Source of the DNA: Terrimicrobiaceae bacterium
GTDB taxonomy: Bacteria; Verrucomicrobiota; Verrucomicrobiia; Chthoniobacterales; Terrimicrobiaceae
Assembly: GCA_044342325.1 (NCBI GenBank)
Contig: JBIIPZ010000001.1
Span: 64,001-128,000, forward strand
Direction: 5' to 3'
DNA length: 64,000 nucleotides
The first letter of the stretch is position 1; every line of letters begins with the position of its first letter. Shown piece after piece: positions 48,342 through 57,155 of the stretch. A model generated the notes under the pieces. That model was given only the letters and a program-made list of their open reading frames with translations, made no database searches and was not told the origin of the DNA. Made by a program: the position numbers and the translations under genes.

Positions 48342-48374
48342 GGAAATGGGTCATCCCAGAGAATGACCCATTCC
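48342..48374. repeat. Degenerate REP-like hairpin or terminator between convergent genes
   Basis: aatgggtcat-cccagaga-atgacccatt; shares the aaatggg(t/c)cat start with the REP copies. Confidence 0.55.
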
Positions 48375-48408
48375 GGTGAAGGATTTCGATGCTGCTTGCG
48401 TTTTAGGA

Positions 48409-51400
48409 TTAGCGGGAGGCGATAACTTCTTCGCTGATGACCTTACCTGTGGCCTCGGGCTCTTTGGAGGGCTCGGGGACCGGTTTGGCGGTCGGGACAT
48501 TCGGGCTGACCTTCCAGAAGAGGGGCTGGAATTTGTTCCAGGCTCCGAGGATTTCGGTGGCGCGGGGGCTGCCGGTGAGATCGTGGTGCTCTTGGATGAG
48601 GGCCTTGAGTGTCGCGATGTCAGAGTCGGCAGCCAGACGCGAGATCGAGATGAGCTGGTTGTTGTAGAGGCGCTCGAAGCGGTTCTCGAGGTCTAGGATG
48701 TAGGCCGCGCCGCCGGTCATGCCGGCGCCGAAGTTTTTGCCAGTGCGGCCGAGGACCACGACGGTTCCATTGGTCATGTATTCACAACCGTGGTCACCGA
48801 TGCCTTCAACGACGGCAGTGCCGCCGGAATTGCGGACGCAGAAGCGCTCGCCGGCGCGGCCGTTTGCGAAGAGGCGTCCACCGCTCGCGCCATACATCAC
48901 GGTGTTGCCGATGATCATGGCCTCGTGCGGGATGAAGAGCGAGCCGGGCTCGGGTTTGATGACGATTTCGCCACCGCTCATGGTTTTGCCGACATAGTCG
49001 TTGGCTTCGCCGGTGAGGAGGAGTCGCACGCCGGGCGAGAGGAACGCGCCGAAGCTTTGTCCCGCGCTGCCCTTGAGCTTGAGTTCGACGGTGCCATTGG
49101 CAATGCCTTCCTCGCCCCACTGGTAGCCGATCTCGCCGGAGACCTGGGTTCCCACCGAGCGGCTGGTGTTTTCGACCTCGTAAGAGAGGGAAATGGGACG
49201 GCCATCGGTGATGGCATCCTTCGCGTCTTGGAGAACGGTCTCGTCGAGCGTCGAGTCCTCGGGTCCATCGTTGCGCGAGCGGGTGGCGTGGCGCACGGCG
49301 GAAGGATCATCGGCGGCGACATTCACGAGCAGGCGTGAGAGGTCGAGGGTGTTGGCTTTCGGGTGGTTTGGGATTTCCTTTTGGCGCAGGCATTCCACGC
49401 GGCCGACCATTTCATCAATGGTGCGGAAGCCTAGACGGGCCATCATTTCGCGGACCTCGGTGGCGACGCCGTTGAAGAAGGCGACGACATTTTCCGGGCG
49501 GCCTTTGAATTTCGCGCGGAGTCGGTCGTCGATCGTGGCGACGCCGACGGGGCAGGTGTTGAGATGGCACTGGCGGACATACACGCAGCCCATCGCGATG
49601 AGGGCGGCGGTGCCGAAGTTGAACTCCTCGGCTCCAAGCAGGGCGGCGTAAACAATGTCCTCGCCGCTGCGCATGCCGCCGTCGGTGCGGAGGGTGACGC
49701 GGTTGCGGAGCCCATTGAGCATGAGAACCTGATGGGCTTCGGCGACGCCGAGTTCCCAAGGTCCACCGGCATGCTTGATCGAGCTCAGCGGGGAGGCCCC
49801 TGTGCCGCCTTCATGTCCGCTGACGAGAATGATGTCCGCATGAGCCTTTGCCACGCCTGCGGCGATGGTGCCGACGCCTGCGGTGGAGACGAGCTTCACG
49901 CAAATACGGGCGCGGGGGTTCACCTGTTTCAAATCGTAGATGAGCTGGGCCAGATCTTCGATCGAGTAGATATCATGGTGTGGAGGTGGGGAAATAAGGG
50001 TCACTCCTTCCACCGAGTGGCGCAGCTTGGCGATGTAGGCGCTGACCTTGTGGCCGGGCAGTTGGCCGCCTTCGCCTGGCTTGGCGCCTTGGGCCATCTT
50101 GATTTCGATTTCTTTGGCGCTGGCGAGATAGGCTGCCGACACGCCGAAACGGCCGGATGCGATCTGCTTGATGGCGCTGTTCGCCCAGTCGCCATTGTCG
50201 CGGCGTTTGAAGCGGGCGGGGTCTTCGCCACCTTCGCCGCTGTTCGACTTGCCGCCGATGCGGTTCATGGCGATGGCCAGGCACTCGTGGGCTTCGGGGC
50301 TCAGGGCTCCGAGCGACATACCAGCTGTGGTAAAGCGTTTGCGGATGTCTTCAATCGGCTCCACCTCATCTATAGAGATCGGGCCTTCGGTCGTGGGCAG
50401 GATTTCGAGAAGATTGCGGAGTGCGACCGGCGTGTTTGCCAGCACCGAGTCGACATATTTTTTATAATCCTCCGCCTTGCCGGCTTTGTCGGCACCCTTG
50501 ATGCCCACATAGGCGTGGAAGCTTTGGAGGACAGGTGGAGTCACGGCATGCATCTCGCCGCCGCGACGGAAGCGGTAGTAACCGGGGTCGCTGAGTTTGC
50601 CGGCTTCGATCGGCACGGCTTCCGAATAGGCCATGGCGTGGCGGGTCAGGGACTCGATGGCGATTTCCTTGAAGCCGATGCCTTCAATCTGGGAGGCCGT
50701 GCCCTTGAAGCATTCCTCGATGAGTTTGGAGGAAATGCCGATGGCTTCGAAGATTTGCGCGCCACGGTAGCTGTTGACCACCGAAATGCCCATTTTAGAC
50801 ATGATCTTGAGGATGCCAGCTTCGATGGCTTTGCGGTAGTTGATGGCCGACTTGGCGAAATCGCCGTTCGCACCGTCGCGCTCGAGAAGTTCACGAATGG
50901 TCTCGAAGGCGAGGTAGGGATTCACTGCCGCAGCGCCGAAGCCGATGAGGCAGGCGATCTGGTGCACATCGCGGGCTTCGCCCGTTTGGCAAACCAAGCT
51001 GGCGCGCATGCGTTTTCCAACGCGAATCAGGTGGTGGTGCACCGCTCCCACGGCGAGGAGCATCGGAACGGGGACTTTCCCGTGGTCGACTCCGTAGTCC
51101 GAGAGAATGAGAATGCGTGTGTCGGCATCGATCGCCGCCTCGGCATCGGCGCAAATGCGCTTGATGGCAGGCTCGAGGCCGTCTTCGCCCTCGGAGGCGT
51201 TCCAGAGTGTCGAAACTGTGGTGGACTTGTGTTCATTGCCTACAGCTTGAATCGCGGCCAGTTCCTCGTTGAGAAGCGCAGGCGACTCCAGACTCACCAG
51301 GCGGGCATGCTCGGGCGTTTCGGCGAGCATGTTTTTGCGCCAGCCGAGCACGGTATTCAGGCTCATAACGAGCTTCTCGCGGATCGGATCGATCGGCGGG

Positions 51401-52992
51401 TTGGTGACCTGTGCGAAGAGTTGCTTGAAGTAGGTGTAGAGCAGGCGTGGCTTTGCGGACAGGACCGCGAGCGGTGTGTCATCCCCCATCGAGCCCACGG
51501 CTTCGGCGCCGTCTTTGAGCATGGGTTTGATGATCATGTCCACTTCTTCGGATGAATACCCGAATGCAACCTGGCGCTGGGTGAGCGTGAGGATGTCGAG
51601 TTCGCCAACGGGGGCGGTGACCTGCTTTTCGGTCAGCTGAGGCAGGTTGCTGAGGTTGTTTTTCAGCCATTCGCCATACGGTTGGCGGGCTGCAAGGCTG
51701 GCCTTGATGTCGGCATCGCGGAGGAGTTTTCCGGCGGCCGTGTCGATAGCGATCATCTCGCCGGGGGCAAGACGGCCTTTTTCAACAATCTTGAGCTGGT
51801 CGAGTTGGGAACCGCCGACCTCGGAGGCCATGACGAACATGCCGTCCTCGGTGATGTTGTAACGCGCAGGGCGGAGTCCGTTGCGGTCAAGGCAGGCTCC
51901 AGCGATGACGCCATCGGTGAAGGTGAGCGCGGCTGGTCCATCCCAAGGCTCGGAGAAGCAGCGGTGGTAGTTGTAGAAATCCTTGAGCTCCTGCGAGAGG
52001 TTCGGGTCCGTGCGGTAGGACGGAGGCACGAGCATCGTCACGGCGTGCAGGATGCTGCGGCCGCTCATGGTGAGAACCTCCAGCGCATTGTCGAGGCTGG
52101 CGGAGTCGGAGCCGCCAGGTTGGATGATCGGCTTGAGGAGGTCGATGTCGGCACCCCAGAAATCGGCTTTCAGCTCGGCCTCGCGGGCATGCATCCAATT
52201 CCGGTTGCCACGGATCGTGTTGATCTCGCCATTGTGGGCGAGCATGCGGAACGGATGGGCCAGCGGCCAAGTCGGGAAGGTGTTTGTGCTGTAGCGCTGG
52301 TGGAAGAGCGCGATGGCCGTCTCGTAGTCGGGATTCGCGAGGTCGGGGTAGAATTTTTCGAGGGATGCCGAAACGAGGAGGCCCTTGTAAACAATCGTGC
52401 GGTGCGAGAACGAAGGGATGTAGAAATCCTTGATCTTGTCGGCGGCGGCGCGGTCCTCGATTTCGTTGCGGGCTAGGAAAAGACGGCGCTCGTAGTCGTC
52501 ATCGGACATCCCGGCAGGGCGGCCGACCAGAACCTGCTCGATGAGCGGCATGGTGGACTGGGCTTTTTCGCCGAGCACATGGTCGTTGATGGGGACCACG
52601 CGCCATCCGAACACGAAGAGTTCGCGTTTTTTCAGAACCTCTTCGGTGATCGCGCGGGCGCGAGCGGTCTCGTATTCGTTGTGCGCGGGCAGGAACATGA
52701 CGCCCACTCCGAGGTCGCTGGGATTGTAAAGTGTGTGGCCAAGCTTCTCCACTTCGGGAGTGAAGATTTTGTAGGGAATCTGTGTGGTGATGCCCGCGCC
52801 GTCGCCGGTCTTCGCATCGGCATCCAGCGCGCCACGGTGCATGAGGCTGCAGATTGAGAGCAGGGCGGTCTCGAGAATGGCATTCGAGCGTTCGCCACTG
52901 ATCTGGGCCACGAGTCCGACGCCGCAGGCGTCATGCTCGAGGTCGGGATTGTAGAGTCCGTTCGAATCGCGGGATGGCAGAGCTTGGTTCAT
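48409..52992 (-). CDS. gltB: Glutamate synthase large subunit
   Basis: EHDACGVG, HQRYSTNT, EPWDGPA, QGAKPGEGGQLPG, Fe-S motif CVYVRQCHLNTCPVG, GXGXG domain. Confidence 0.98.
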   Translation of the reverse strand: MNQALPSRDSNGLYNPDLEHDACGVGLVAQISGERSNAILETALLSICSLMHRGALDADAKTGDGAGITTQIPYKIFTPEVEKLGHTLYNPSDLGVGVMFLPAHNEYETARARAITEEVLKKRELFVFGWRVVPINDHVLGEKAQSTMPLIEQVLVGRPAGMSDDDYERRLFLARNEIEDRAAADKIKDFYIPSFSHRTIVYKGLLVSASLEKFYPDLANPDYETAIALFHQRYSTNTFPTWPLAHPFRMLAHNGEINTIRGNRNWMHAREAELKADFWGADIDLLKPIIQPGGSDSASLDNALEVLTMSGRSILHAVTMLVPPSYRTDPNLSQELKDFYNYHRCFSEPWDGPAALTFTDGVIAGACLDRNGLRPARYNITEDGMFVMASEVGGSQLDQLKIVEKGRLAPGEMIAIDTAAGKLLRDADIKASLAARQPYGEWLKNNLSNLPQLTEKQVTAPVGELDILTLTQRQVAFGYSSEEVDMIIKPMLKDGAEAVGSMGDDTPLAVLSAKPRLLYTYFKQLFAQVTNPPIDPIREKLVMSLNTVLGWRKNMLAETPEHARLVSLESPALLNEELAAIQAVGNEHKSTTVSTLWNASEGEDGLEPAIKRICADAEAAIDADTRILILSDYGVDHGKVPVPMLLAVGAVHHHLIRVGKRMRASLVCQTGEARDVHQIACLIGFGAAAVNPYLAFETIRELLERDGANGDFAKSAINYRKAIEAGILKIMSKMGISVVNSYRGAQIFEAIGISSKLIEECFKGTASQIEGIGFKEIAIESLTRHAMAYSEAVPIEAGKLSDPGYYRFRRGGEMHAVTPPVLQSFHAYVGIKGADKAGKAEDYKKYVDSVLANTPVALRNLLEILPTTEGPISIDEVEPIEDIRKRFTTAGMSLGALSPEAHECLAIAMNRIGGKSNSGEGGEDPARFKRRDNGDWANSAIKQIASGRFGVSAAYLASAKEIEIKMAQGAKPGEGGQLPGHKVSAYIAKLRHSVEGVTLISPPPHHDIYSIEDLAQLIYDLKQVNPRARICVKLVSTAGVGTIAAGVAKAHADIILVSGHEGGTGASPLSSIKHAGGPWELGVAEAHQVLMLNGLRNRVTLRTDGGMRSGEDIVYAALLGAEEFNFGTAALIAMGCVYVRQCHLNTCPVGVATIDDRLRAKFKGRPENVVAFFNGVATEVREMMARLGFRTIDEMVGRVECLRQKEIPNHPKANTLDLSRLLVNVAADDPSAVRHATRSRNDGPEDSTLDETVLQDAKDAITDGRPISLSYEVENTSRSVGTQVSGEIGYQWGEEGIANGTVELKLKGSAGQSFGAFLSPGVRLLLTGEANDYVGKTMSGGEIVIKPEPGSLFIPHEAMIIGNTVMYGASGGRLFANGRAGERFCVRNSGGTAVVEGIGDHGCEYMTNGTVVVLGRTGKNFGAGMTGGAAYILDLENRFERLYNNQLISISRLAADSDIATLKALIQEHHDLTGSPRATEILGAWNKFQPLFWKVSPNVPTAKPVPEPSKEPEATGKVISEEVIASR

Positions 52993-53013
52993 GGTCAAAA
53001 AAAATAACGAGCC

Positions 53014-53029
53014 AGCAAGAATCGCTCCA
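53014..53029 (-). promoter_or_regulatory. Candidate sigma54 -24/-12 promoter of gltB
   Basis: Minus strand TGGAGCGATTCTTGCT: GG-N10-GC with TTGC, 21 nt before the ATG. Confidence 0.4.
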
Positions 53030-53137
53030 CAATTTAGAATGTGGAGAATTTTTTTGAAAAAAATTGACGGTCAATCCGAGCGGTTCGCCGGATTTTTCAT
53101 TTGGGGGAGTCTGGCGAATTGGGTGCTCAATCCGCTC

Positions 53138-53686
53138 TCAACGGGCGTGGCGGCGGATCGCCTCCTCTTTGAGAATGCCGATGTAGGGCAGGTTCCGGTA
53201 TTGCTCGTTGTAGTCGAGTCCGTAGCCGACCACGAATTCGTCGGGGATCTCAAAGCCGACATAATCAGCCACTGTGGCTGCCTCGCGCTGTAGTTTTTTG
53301 CGCAGCAACACGCAGGAACGGATGCTTGCCGCGCCGGATTCCGCTGCGAGACGGTCTTTGATGGCACGCAGGGTCAGGCCGCTGTCGAGGATGTCGTCGA
53401 GGATCAAAACATGCCGCCCGGTGACATCGGCGATGGAGTTTTGCCGGAATTCGATGCGGCCCTTGGATTTCGTGCCGTGGTAGCTGGAGACGCTCCACGA
53501 ATCGATTTGGAGCGGCAGTGGAACACGCCGTAGCAGGTCGGCCATGAAAATGAAGCTGCCATTCAGGATCGAGACTACGGTCAGTTCCTTACCCTCGTAG
53601 TCCTTGGCGATGGTATGGGCCATCTCGTCTAGGCGGCTGAGGATAGTTGTCTCGTGATACAGAATCCGGTCGATGTCGCCTTGCAT
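53138..53686 (-). CDS. hpt: Hypoxanthine phosphoribosyltransferase
   Basis: LNGSFIFMADL, VLILDDILDSGLT, FVVGYGLDY. Confidence 0.95.
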   Translation of the reverse strand: MQGDIDRILYHETTILSRLDEMAHTIAKDYEGKELTVVSILNGSFIFMADLLRRVPLPLQIDSWSVSSYHGTKSKGRIEFRQNSIADVTGRHVLILDDILDSGLTLRAIKDRLAAESGAASIRSCVLLRKKLQREAATVADYVGFEIPDEFVVGYGLDYNEQYRNLPYIGILKEEAIRRHAR

Positions 53687-53723
53687 GCGGGGGATTCGTA
53701 GCCAGCGCGCTGCGGCAGGCAAG

Positions 53724-54338
53724 CTATTCGATCACGCCCAGCGAGCGCAGGTTGCCGTTCTCGAGGGCAAAAATCTCGCGGCTCACGGGGTGGTTGGAGG
53801 AGAGGTAGGTATTGATGATCCTTTCCGACAAGCGGAGGTGGATATTGTCCTGCTTAGAAAAAACCAGCACCTGATTGCGTGTCGGTATGGCGACGAGCAG
53901 GTCGGGGCCGAGTGTTTTCTCAAAAGCAGACGCAAACTCCGGCGCGAGCACGCAGGAGGCGGTGAGGGGATCATCCGACTCGATGGCGGCGTATTGGATC
54001 ACCTGCTTTTTATTTCGCACAAAGGTGGGCTTCATACGCTTGAAAACCTCCGAAGCGGTCTGCAGAGCCTGCTCCTGGATCATTGGATAGGTCATGTGGA
54101 CGGATTTTTTCTCCTCGCGGGTGAGCGGTTGGATTTCTCCATTCGCGATGCGGGCTATTGCCAGCACTGTCCGCTGCGAGTCCTGAATCGGGCGTCGCAT
54201 TTTGTGATCCATGAACGATGGCTCCACGAGGAGGGCCCATTGGTCGGCGCGGAGGGTTGCGGTGGAAGCCGCCGCAAAAAGAAAAACCAAGATCGCCCTT
54301 TCGAGTGTGGTGCGGGCTCTGGTAGTAATGGAAGGCAT
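53724..54338 (-). CDS. Exported hypothetical protein
   Basis: Open frame with signal-like ILVFLFAAASTATLRA; LLVAIPTRNQVLVF; start uncertain. Confidence 0.6.
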   Translation of the reverse strand: MPSITTRARTTLERAILVFLFAAASTATLRADQWALLVEPSFMDHKMRRPIQDSQRTVLAIARIANGEIQPLTREEKKSVHMTYPMIQEQALQTASEVFKRMKPTFVRNKKQVIQYAAIESDDPLTASCVLAPEFASAFEKTLGPDLLVAIPTRNQVLVFSKQDNIHLRLSERIINTYLSSNHPVSREIFALENGNLRSLGVIE

Positions 54339-54339
54339 C

Positions 54340-54945
54340 ATGATTGCGTTTTTAGAAGGAACACTCGCCGAGTCTCTCCCCACACAGATCGTCGTCAATG
54401 TCCATGGTGTCGGGTATCAAGTGATGATTCCCATATCAAGTTTCGAGCGGTTGCCGCAGCCTGGCTCGGCCGTGAAGATCCTCACGCATCTCGCCGTCCG
54501 CGAGGATGCACATGTGCTCTATGGATTTTGCACCGCCGGTGAGCGCGATCTCTTTCGTCTGCTTCTTAATCATGTCACTGGCGTCGGCCCGAAGATCGCG
54601 CTCGCGGTGCTCAGCGGTCTCTCGGTGGAAATGTTTAAATCCGCCGTTGTGGCCGGGGATACCGGAACGATCTCGAAGATCAGCGGAGTTGGTAAAAAAA
54701 CCGCCGAGCGAATTGTGCTCGAGCTGAAAGACAAGGTTGGCGTCGCCGCCGAGTGGGAGGCCTCCAGTGCGAAGAACGCACCGAGCCAGGAAGATGTCCG
54801 CTTGCATGATGCCGTGCTGGCTTTGATTTCCCTCGGTTACAAACAGGTCGAGGCCCACAAGGCGATTCGGGCGGTAATGAAGACGGGGGATGAAATGCCG
54901 ACCTCTGAGGAGTTGATCCGCCAGGCGCTGAAAATCCTCTCATGA
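54340..54945 (+). CDS. ruvA: Holliday junction branch migration protein
   Basis: MIAFLEGTL, VHGVGY, VREDAHVLYGF, GVGPKIAL, GVGKKTAERIVLELKDK. Confidence 0.96.
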   Translation: MIAFLEGTLAESLPTQIVVNVHGVGYQVMIPISSFERLPQPGSAVKILTHLAVREDAHVLYGFCTAGERDLFRLLLNHVTGVGPKIALAVLSGLSVEMFKSAVVAGDTGTISKISGVGKKTAERIVLELKDKVGVAAEWEASSAKNAPSQEDVRLHDAVLALISLGYKQVEAHKAIRAVMKTGDEMPTSEELIRQALKILS

Positions 54946-56228
54946 GTCCGATTGAATCGGCCCGTGCCGTCCGTGCCGCCATGCCCGAGGGTGGTCTCTT
55001 TCATGAAAAGGAATGGCGCATCGCCCCGGCACCCTTTGCGCTGCCGGATGGACTCGCGCCGGAACTCGAAAAGCTCGGCTACCGGCTCATGCTTTTCCTG
55101 CGAGCATGCGACCAACTTTACCGCCAGAGCGTGAAAGGCCGCCAGCCCGCTTGGGTTGCCGATCTCCTCGATGCGGGCAAACCGCCGGAACTCGTCGCCT
55201 TCCAGCGCGACTGCGGACTCGCGGGCGACATTCACCGCGTCATTCGGCCCGACTTGGTTCTCACCGAAGATGGCTTCACCATCGCCGAGATCGATAGTGT
55301 TCCTGGCGGAATCGGGCTCACGGCCTGGCTCAACAAAACCTACGCAGCGCTGGGATTTGATGTCCTTGGCGGGGCGGATGGCATGCTGCGCGGATTCTCG
55401 GACATCCTACCCGGGGGTGACATCGTCGTCTCGGAGGAGGCGGCGACCTACAGGCCGGAAATGGAATGGCTCGCTGGCGAGTTGAATGCGACCTCGCCGC
55501 AATGGCGCGTCGTGGATGGTTCGGCGAGGGATGACTGGCAGCAACGGATTTATCGTTTTTTCGAACTGTTCGATTTGGCGAATGTGCCTGCGTCATTGGG
55601 AATCATGGACGGCGTTCGTGCTCGCTCGATCCAAGTCACTCCGCCGTTCAAGCCTGCTTTGGAAGAGAAGCTGTGGTTCGCCCTTTTTTGGATGAAGCCG
55701 CTGGAGGACTTCTGGCGCCGCGAACTCAGCGAGCGCGCGTTTTTAGCGCTGCAAAAAGTGATCCCCTACACATGGCTGGTCGATCCGCAGCCGCTGCCGC
55801 GTCACGCGGTTCTTCCGAGGCTCGAGGCGCATTCGTGGGACGAGGTCGCGAAATTCAGCCAGAAGCGTCGGAATTTTATTTTGAAGGTGAGCGGATTTTC
55901 CGAACGGGCGTGGGGGTCGCGCGGTGTGGTTGTGGCAAGCGACCTGCCGCAGAAGGAATGGCAGGGCGAGTTGGAATCGGCCTTGGTGGCTTTTCCCTCG
56001 CAGCCTCACATCCTCCAGGTTTTTCATACGGGGAGGCTCTTCGATGCCGAATACTGGCTCCCTGAAAATGCCGACCTACAGAGGATGCGTGGACGGGTGC
56101 GCCTGTGTCCGTATTTCTTCGTTGGCGAAAAAACGACGCAACTCGGCGGTGCGCTGGCCACCATCTGTCCCGACGACAAAAAGCTCCTTCATGGAATGCG
56201 CGACGCCATTTTGGCTCCTGTCGCGTGA
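54942..56228 (+). CDS. ATP-grasp-like ligase (glutathionylspermidine-synthase/circularly permuted type)
   Basis: IRPDLVLTEDGFTIAEIDSVPGG, EEKLW, ILKVSG..AWGSRGV, RLCPYF. Confidence 0.65.
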   Translation: MSPIESARAVRAAMPEGGLFHEKEWRIAPAPFALPDGLAPELEKLGYRLMLFLRACDQLYRQSVKGRQPAWVADLLDAGKPPELVAFQRDCGLAGDIHRVIRPDLVLTEDGFTIAEIDSVPGGIGLTAWLNKTYAALGFDVLGGADGMLRGFSDILPGGDIVVSEEAATYRPEMEWLAGELNATSPQWRVVDGSARDDWQQRIYRFFELFDLANVPASLGIMDGVRARSIQVTPPFKPALEEKLWFALFWMKPLEDFWRRELSERAFLALQKVIPYTWLVDPQPLPRHAVLPRLEAHSWDEVAKFSQKRRNFILKVSGFSERAWGSRGVVVASDLPQKEWQGELESALVAFPSQPHILQVFHTGRLFDAEYWLPENADLQRMRGRVRLCPYFFVGEKTTQLGGALATICPDDKKLLHGMRDAILAPVA

Positions 56229-56234
56229 GCGGCC

Positions 56235-57098
56235 TCAGGGCTTGAGTCGGCGTGACAGGTCGCGCAGGGCGCGGGCGAGCAAGGGATCGCTGATTCTCAG
56301 CAGCGCGCGGTAAACCGGCAGCACAACGCGGCGGCGGACGAACCGTTCGGGCCAGTGTGGCAGAAGCGTCGCGACACGAAGCGGGAAGAGTTGCAGTGTG
56401 CGGCCATCCTCAGTGGGACATTGCATGCGACAGCCGGGCTGGATGGTTCCTATGGCACCTGCCTCTTCGGCTGCTTCCATGAGTGCGACTTCTTCGAGTG
56501 ACATCCCGGATTCGAGGTGTCCTTTAGGAATAAGCCAGCGTGCGCCCGAGGAACTGGTGATGAGAACGATGTGGAGAACGCCCTTTTTGAAAAGAAACGG
56601 CACGGCCCCCGCTTGGACATCTGTATCGCCGGACACCGGGACGCCATGCAGGGCGATCTGGCGGAGGGAGTCGGAATCGGGGAGCGTGATTTCGCGGCCA
56701 AGAAATGCAGGTTTTCGGAAACGGCGCGCGCTTGAGGCATTCGAGAAGCGGATTCGTGCCATCACCAGCGGAGCGTGCATGTCGGTGAAGACATCGAGTT
56801 CCATGGTCGCATCGCCGTGGGGAAGTTGGTGGCGGGTCACTTCAACACGGTGGCCTTCCGTGTTTTTCCATAGCGCATTGAAGGTCGTTTCCGGGATGGG
56901 AACAGGATCTAAAACACTTCCATTCGAGGGGGCGGTGATGACGGCAATGCCACAGTTTCGCCCCTCTTGCCTCACCCAGACCTCACGCGTGCGGTCATGC
57001 GAGAGACATCCGAGTTTCACACGGGAGGCAGCTAGGCCCTTGAGGACAGGTAGCGGGCCTTCGACGAGGAAAAGGCGTTCCGATTTGCGGGCTGTCAT
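56235..57098 (-). CDS. Degenerate CYTH domain fused to a Nudix hydrolase
   Basis: SERLFLV, MELDVF, KPAFLGREIT (CYTH); QAGAVPF, WLIPKGHLESG...EAAEEAG (Nudix). Confidence 0.78.
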   Translation of the reverse strand: MTARKSERLFLVEGPLPVLKGLAASRVKLGCLSHDRTREVWVRQEGRNCGIAVITAPSNGSVLDPVPIPETTFNALWKNTEGHRVEVTRHQLPHGDATMELDVFTDMHAPLVMARIRFSNASSARRFRKPAFLGREITLPDSDSLRQIALHGVPVSGDTDVQAGAVPFLFKKGVLHIVLITSSSGARWLIPKGHLESGMSLEEVALMEAAEEAGAIGTIQPGCRMQCPTEDGRTLQLFPLRVATLLPHWPERFVRRRVVLPVYRALLRISDPLLARALRDLSRRLKP

Positions 57099-57155
57099 GG
57101 GATGGGGCTCACTCGTTCAAATGACGGTTGGGAAATTCGGGAGTCAAGCTTGGCT

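Noticed and set aside
49564..51555. Long plus-strand ORF (also 19759-20901, 57318-58457, 58694-59746, 7971-8843)
   Set aside because: Antisense shadows of well-supported genes in GC-rich DNA, with no recognisable motifs.
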